In this document: positions 62,361 through 64,000 of the stretch, one piece after another
How the letters are laid out: every line of letters begins with the position of its first letter
How positions within the stretch are numbered: position 1 is the first letter of the stretch
DNA from: Eledone cirrhosa
Taxonomy: Eukaryota
Length of the DNA: 64,000 bases
Direction of reading: 5' to 3'
Assembly (NCBI GenBank): GCA_964016885.1
Contig: OZ024743.1
Location: 160,394,001 to 160,458,000 of the forward strand
The notes under the pieces: model-generated
What the model was told of the DNA's origin: nothing
Database searches by the model: none
The model's input: only the letters and a program-made list of their open reading frames with translations
Made by a program: the position numbers and the translations under genes

Positions 62361-64000
62361 GCTTTCTTTATTAACCACAAGGGTTTACATAAAGTAGACA
62401 TTAAGGACAGTACAGGACAATACAGGACGGTACAAATGGGCATTTCTGCGTGTAAAAACAAAAAAAAACAGAGGATGTAACAAAAAAATAACAATGAAAA
62501 ACTCACAAATAGGGGGGAGACTTCCGAGGGACATTTGTGGAGAAAGCCCATTAAAAGGCTAGAGTGACGCTGACCACCAGGGCAAGTGTCCTCTCCCAGT
62601 TTTCACCTTTAATTTACAGACACATACTCAGAGTAGGCCCATTCACTTGGGCCATTCTTGCTTCTCTCACCCATCTTTCAACAAAATGCTGGGAAGAGAG
62701 CACTTCCCTCTCTACCCTGATTTTCCTTTTCAAAAGAAACTGGAAAAAGTTAATCAGGGCATCACCGAAGAGGTAAGTGCTCGTCTTCAGTCCTTTCAAA
62801 CGCGTCCACCATACTATCTCTTTCGCCATGGCCACCAGACAGATAAAAACTGCCCTTCCTCGCTAAAGGAAGAGGGTGGGGCAATCCTCACGATGGACTC
62901 AGCTGATAGTCGGATCCGTTCTACATGCTACAGCAGGTGTTCGACATAAACCCACAAGTCAGCAATGCTCGGACACTGGACGAGTGCAAGCAGGACGGCT
63001 TCGTCGCTCTGCGCGCATCTCGGACATTCCCGGCTGACGGCACCTCCATGTCTGTAGAGTTTATCCCGAACTGGCAAAGCTCCTCGGTAGCACTGCCAGG
63101 CCAGGGATTTCTGGAAGTTGTCCATAGGTCCCGGCCCGAAAGTTCTTCCGAAGAGATTGGCTAGTTGATTTTAGTCGACGCCTAGAGTTTCCCCAAGTAC
63201 GTCGTCGCTCTTCCCCTCCACTAATCCTCTATAGAACGCCAAGGTGGAGTTTCCACCGATCACATTGCCCGATTGGTCGAGGGCTGTGAGCGCCTGAAGA
63301 CATTCCAGTCTCCAAGTGCTCCCTCTCGGTCTTCGTTTGACCCAGGACTGCAGCTCCGTCAAGGAGATGAGCTAGGGAAAGACGCGTCTAACAAACGGCG
63401 ACCACACCTGATCACCGTCGAGGAAGAGGTGGAGATGTCGTAGCCTGAGTGCGTCTGCGCATCATTAGCCACGGCATGCCCAGCCCTCTACGTAGCGGGT
63501 GTTGACAGCAGATGGACCGCCTGACCATCGGAGCGCGTCCCTTCCACAAAAAGCAAAAGACCAAACGCTCCCGCGCAGTCAGGCGAGGCTTAGGACAAAG
63601 CACGACGGTCAGGCGGTAGTAGATGACGGACGCGATGTACGCGTTAGCCACCTCCGCTCGACCTGTCAGGGATAGCTTCCTCTCCGCCGATTTATGGGTG
63701 AGAGAAGCCACCCTGCTCGTCACCTCGTCCCAGTTTTTGTCAGTCTGGAGGTCCGGACCGAACCAGACCCCTAACAATTTAACTGGTCTGTCCGTCCAGC
63801 GCCCGACGACGCCGTTGGGCGGCATGGACCTGCCTCTCCAGGTGCCGAGCTGCAGGCCCACCGACTTTTCTTGGTTGATCATTGCTCCTGTCACCGCTTC
63901 ATATTCTCTTAGTGTAGTGCCGATCGCCTCCATGTGTTTGGCGTACGACACCACTACGGTGACATTGTCCGCATATGCTGACACGGACCTTCCGCATCCT
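62361..64000 (-). mobile_element. L1/Tx1-type LINE copy D, 3' part (runs off the window)
   Basis: SAYADNVT, VKLLGVWFGPDL, MDNFQKSLAWQCYRGALPVRDKL, KEIVWWTRLKG. 3' end CCCTTGTGGTTAATAAAGAAAGC(ATT)n. Confidence 0.93.

Overview
AT-rich eukaryotic (animal) intergenic or intronic DNA made almost entirely of transposable elements and (TA)n/(CA)n/(TAA)n microsatellites. The repeat repertoire suggests a cephalopod such as octopus, which is an inference. No host protein-coding gene could be supported. Three layers are visible. (1) A (TAA)n-microsatellite community: five L1/Tx1-type LINE copies (CCHC ORF1, APE endonuclease-RT ORF2), R4/Dong-type RLE LINEs including one uninterrupted 663-aa ORF at 54716-56707, and a tRNA-derived SINE whose 3' end matches the Tx1 3' end. 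From 49.5 kb to the window end the LINEs form a nested array joined by (TAA)n. (2) Many decayed Penelope-like elements (PLEs) in (TA)n tracts, with RT/GIY-YIG remnants, long fold-back inverted repeats and more than 15 type I hammerhead ribozyme motifs of several families. These include a non-coding ~418-nt tandem retrozyme-like unit and a family with a fixed CAGAAGA core variant. (3) Non-autonomous Helitron-like elements and a HERO/NeSL-like remnant. Coordinates were read by eye and may be off by a few bases.
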